This document shows, piece by piece, positions 5,179 to 5,217 of a DNA stretch of 5,217 nucleotides; position 1 is the stretch's first letter; every line of letters begins with the position of its first letter. The notes beneath the pieces were generated by a model that saw only the letters and a list, made by a program, of their open reading frames with translations, did no database searches and was not told where the DNA came from. A program made the position numbers and the translations under genes. The DNA comes from a virus (taxonomy: Duplodnaviria > Heunggongvirae > Uroviricota > Caudoviricetes): IMG/VR virus record IMGVR_UViG_2645727673_000004; one strand, written 5' to 3'.

Positions 5179-5217
5179 GTAGAAACTCTTCTAACGCCAG
5201 GCATAAAAAGCCCATTA

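Overview
This window is the late (lysis) region of a defective lambdoid prophage, enterobacterial in type (E. coli/Shigella-like), transcribed right-to-left on the minus strand. All homology calls below come from reading the translations and from memory of the protein families; nothing was searched. From the high-coordinate end the order is: a tR'-like intrinsic terminator, a 76-nt tRNA with a CAU anticodon (ileX/ileZ-like), a degenerate tRNA-Arg-like fragment, two diverged ~240-bp paralogous repeat units each ending in a GC-hairpin terminator, an AT-rich orphan ORF on the opposite strand, and a small DUF1737-like gene. Then comes a complete lysis cassette: S21-like dual-start holin, a DUF1327/YdfR-like gene, a SAR-type GH24 endolysin, and Rz with embedded Rz1. 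The lipoprotein gene bor lies on the opposite strand, followed by a 5'-truncated J-like tail-tip gene fragment that abuts the bor upstream region, which implies deletion of the packaging, head and most tail genes. The stretch between the tRNA and the holin is the cargo site that carries stxAB in Stx phages. Here it carries the structured repeats and the AT-rich orphan gene instead, and these are the most plausible places for anything undescribed. I found no CRISPR array, integrase, transposase or recognisable defence or toxin domain, so I cannot claim a defined novel system.
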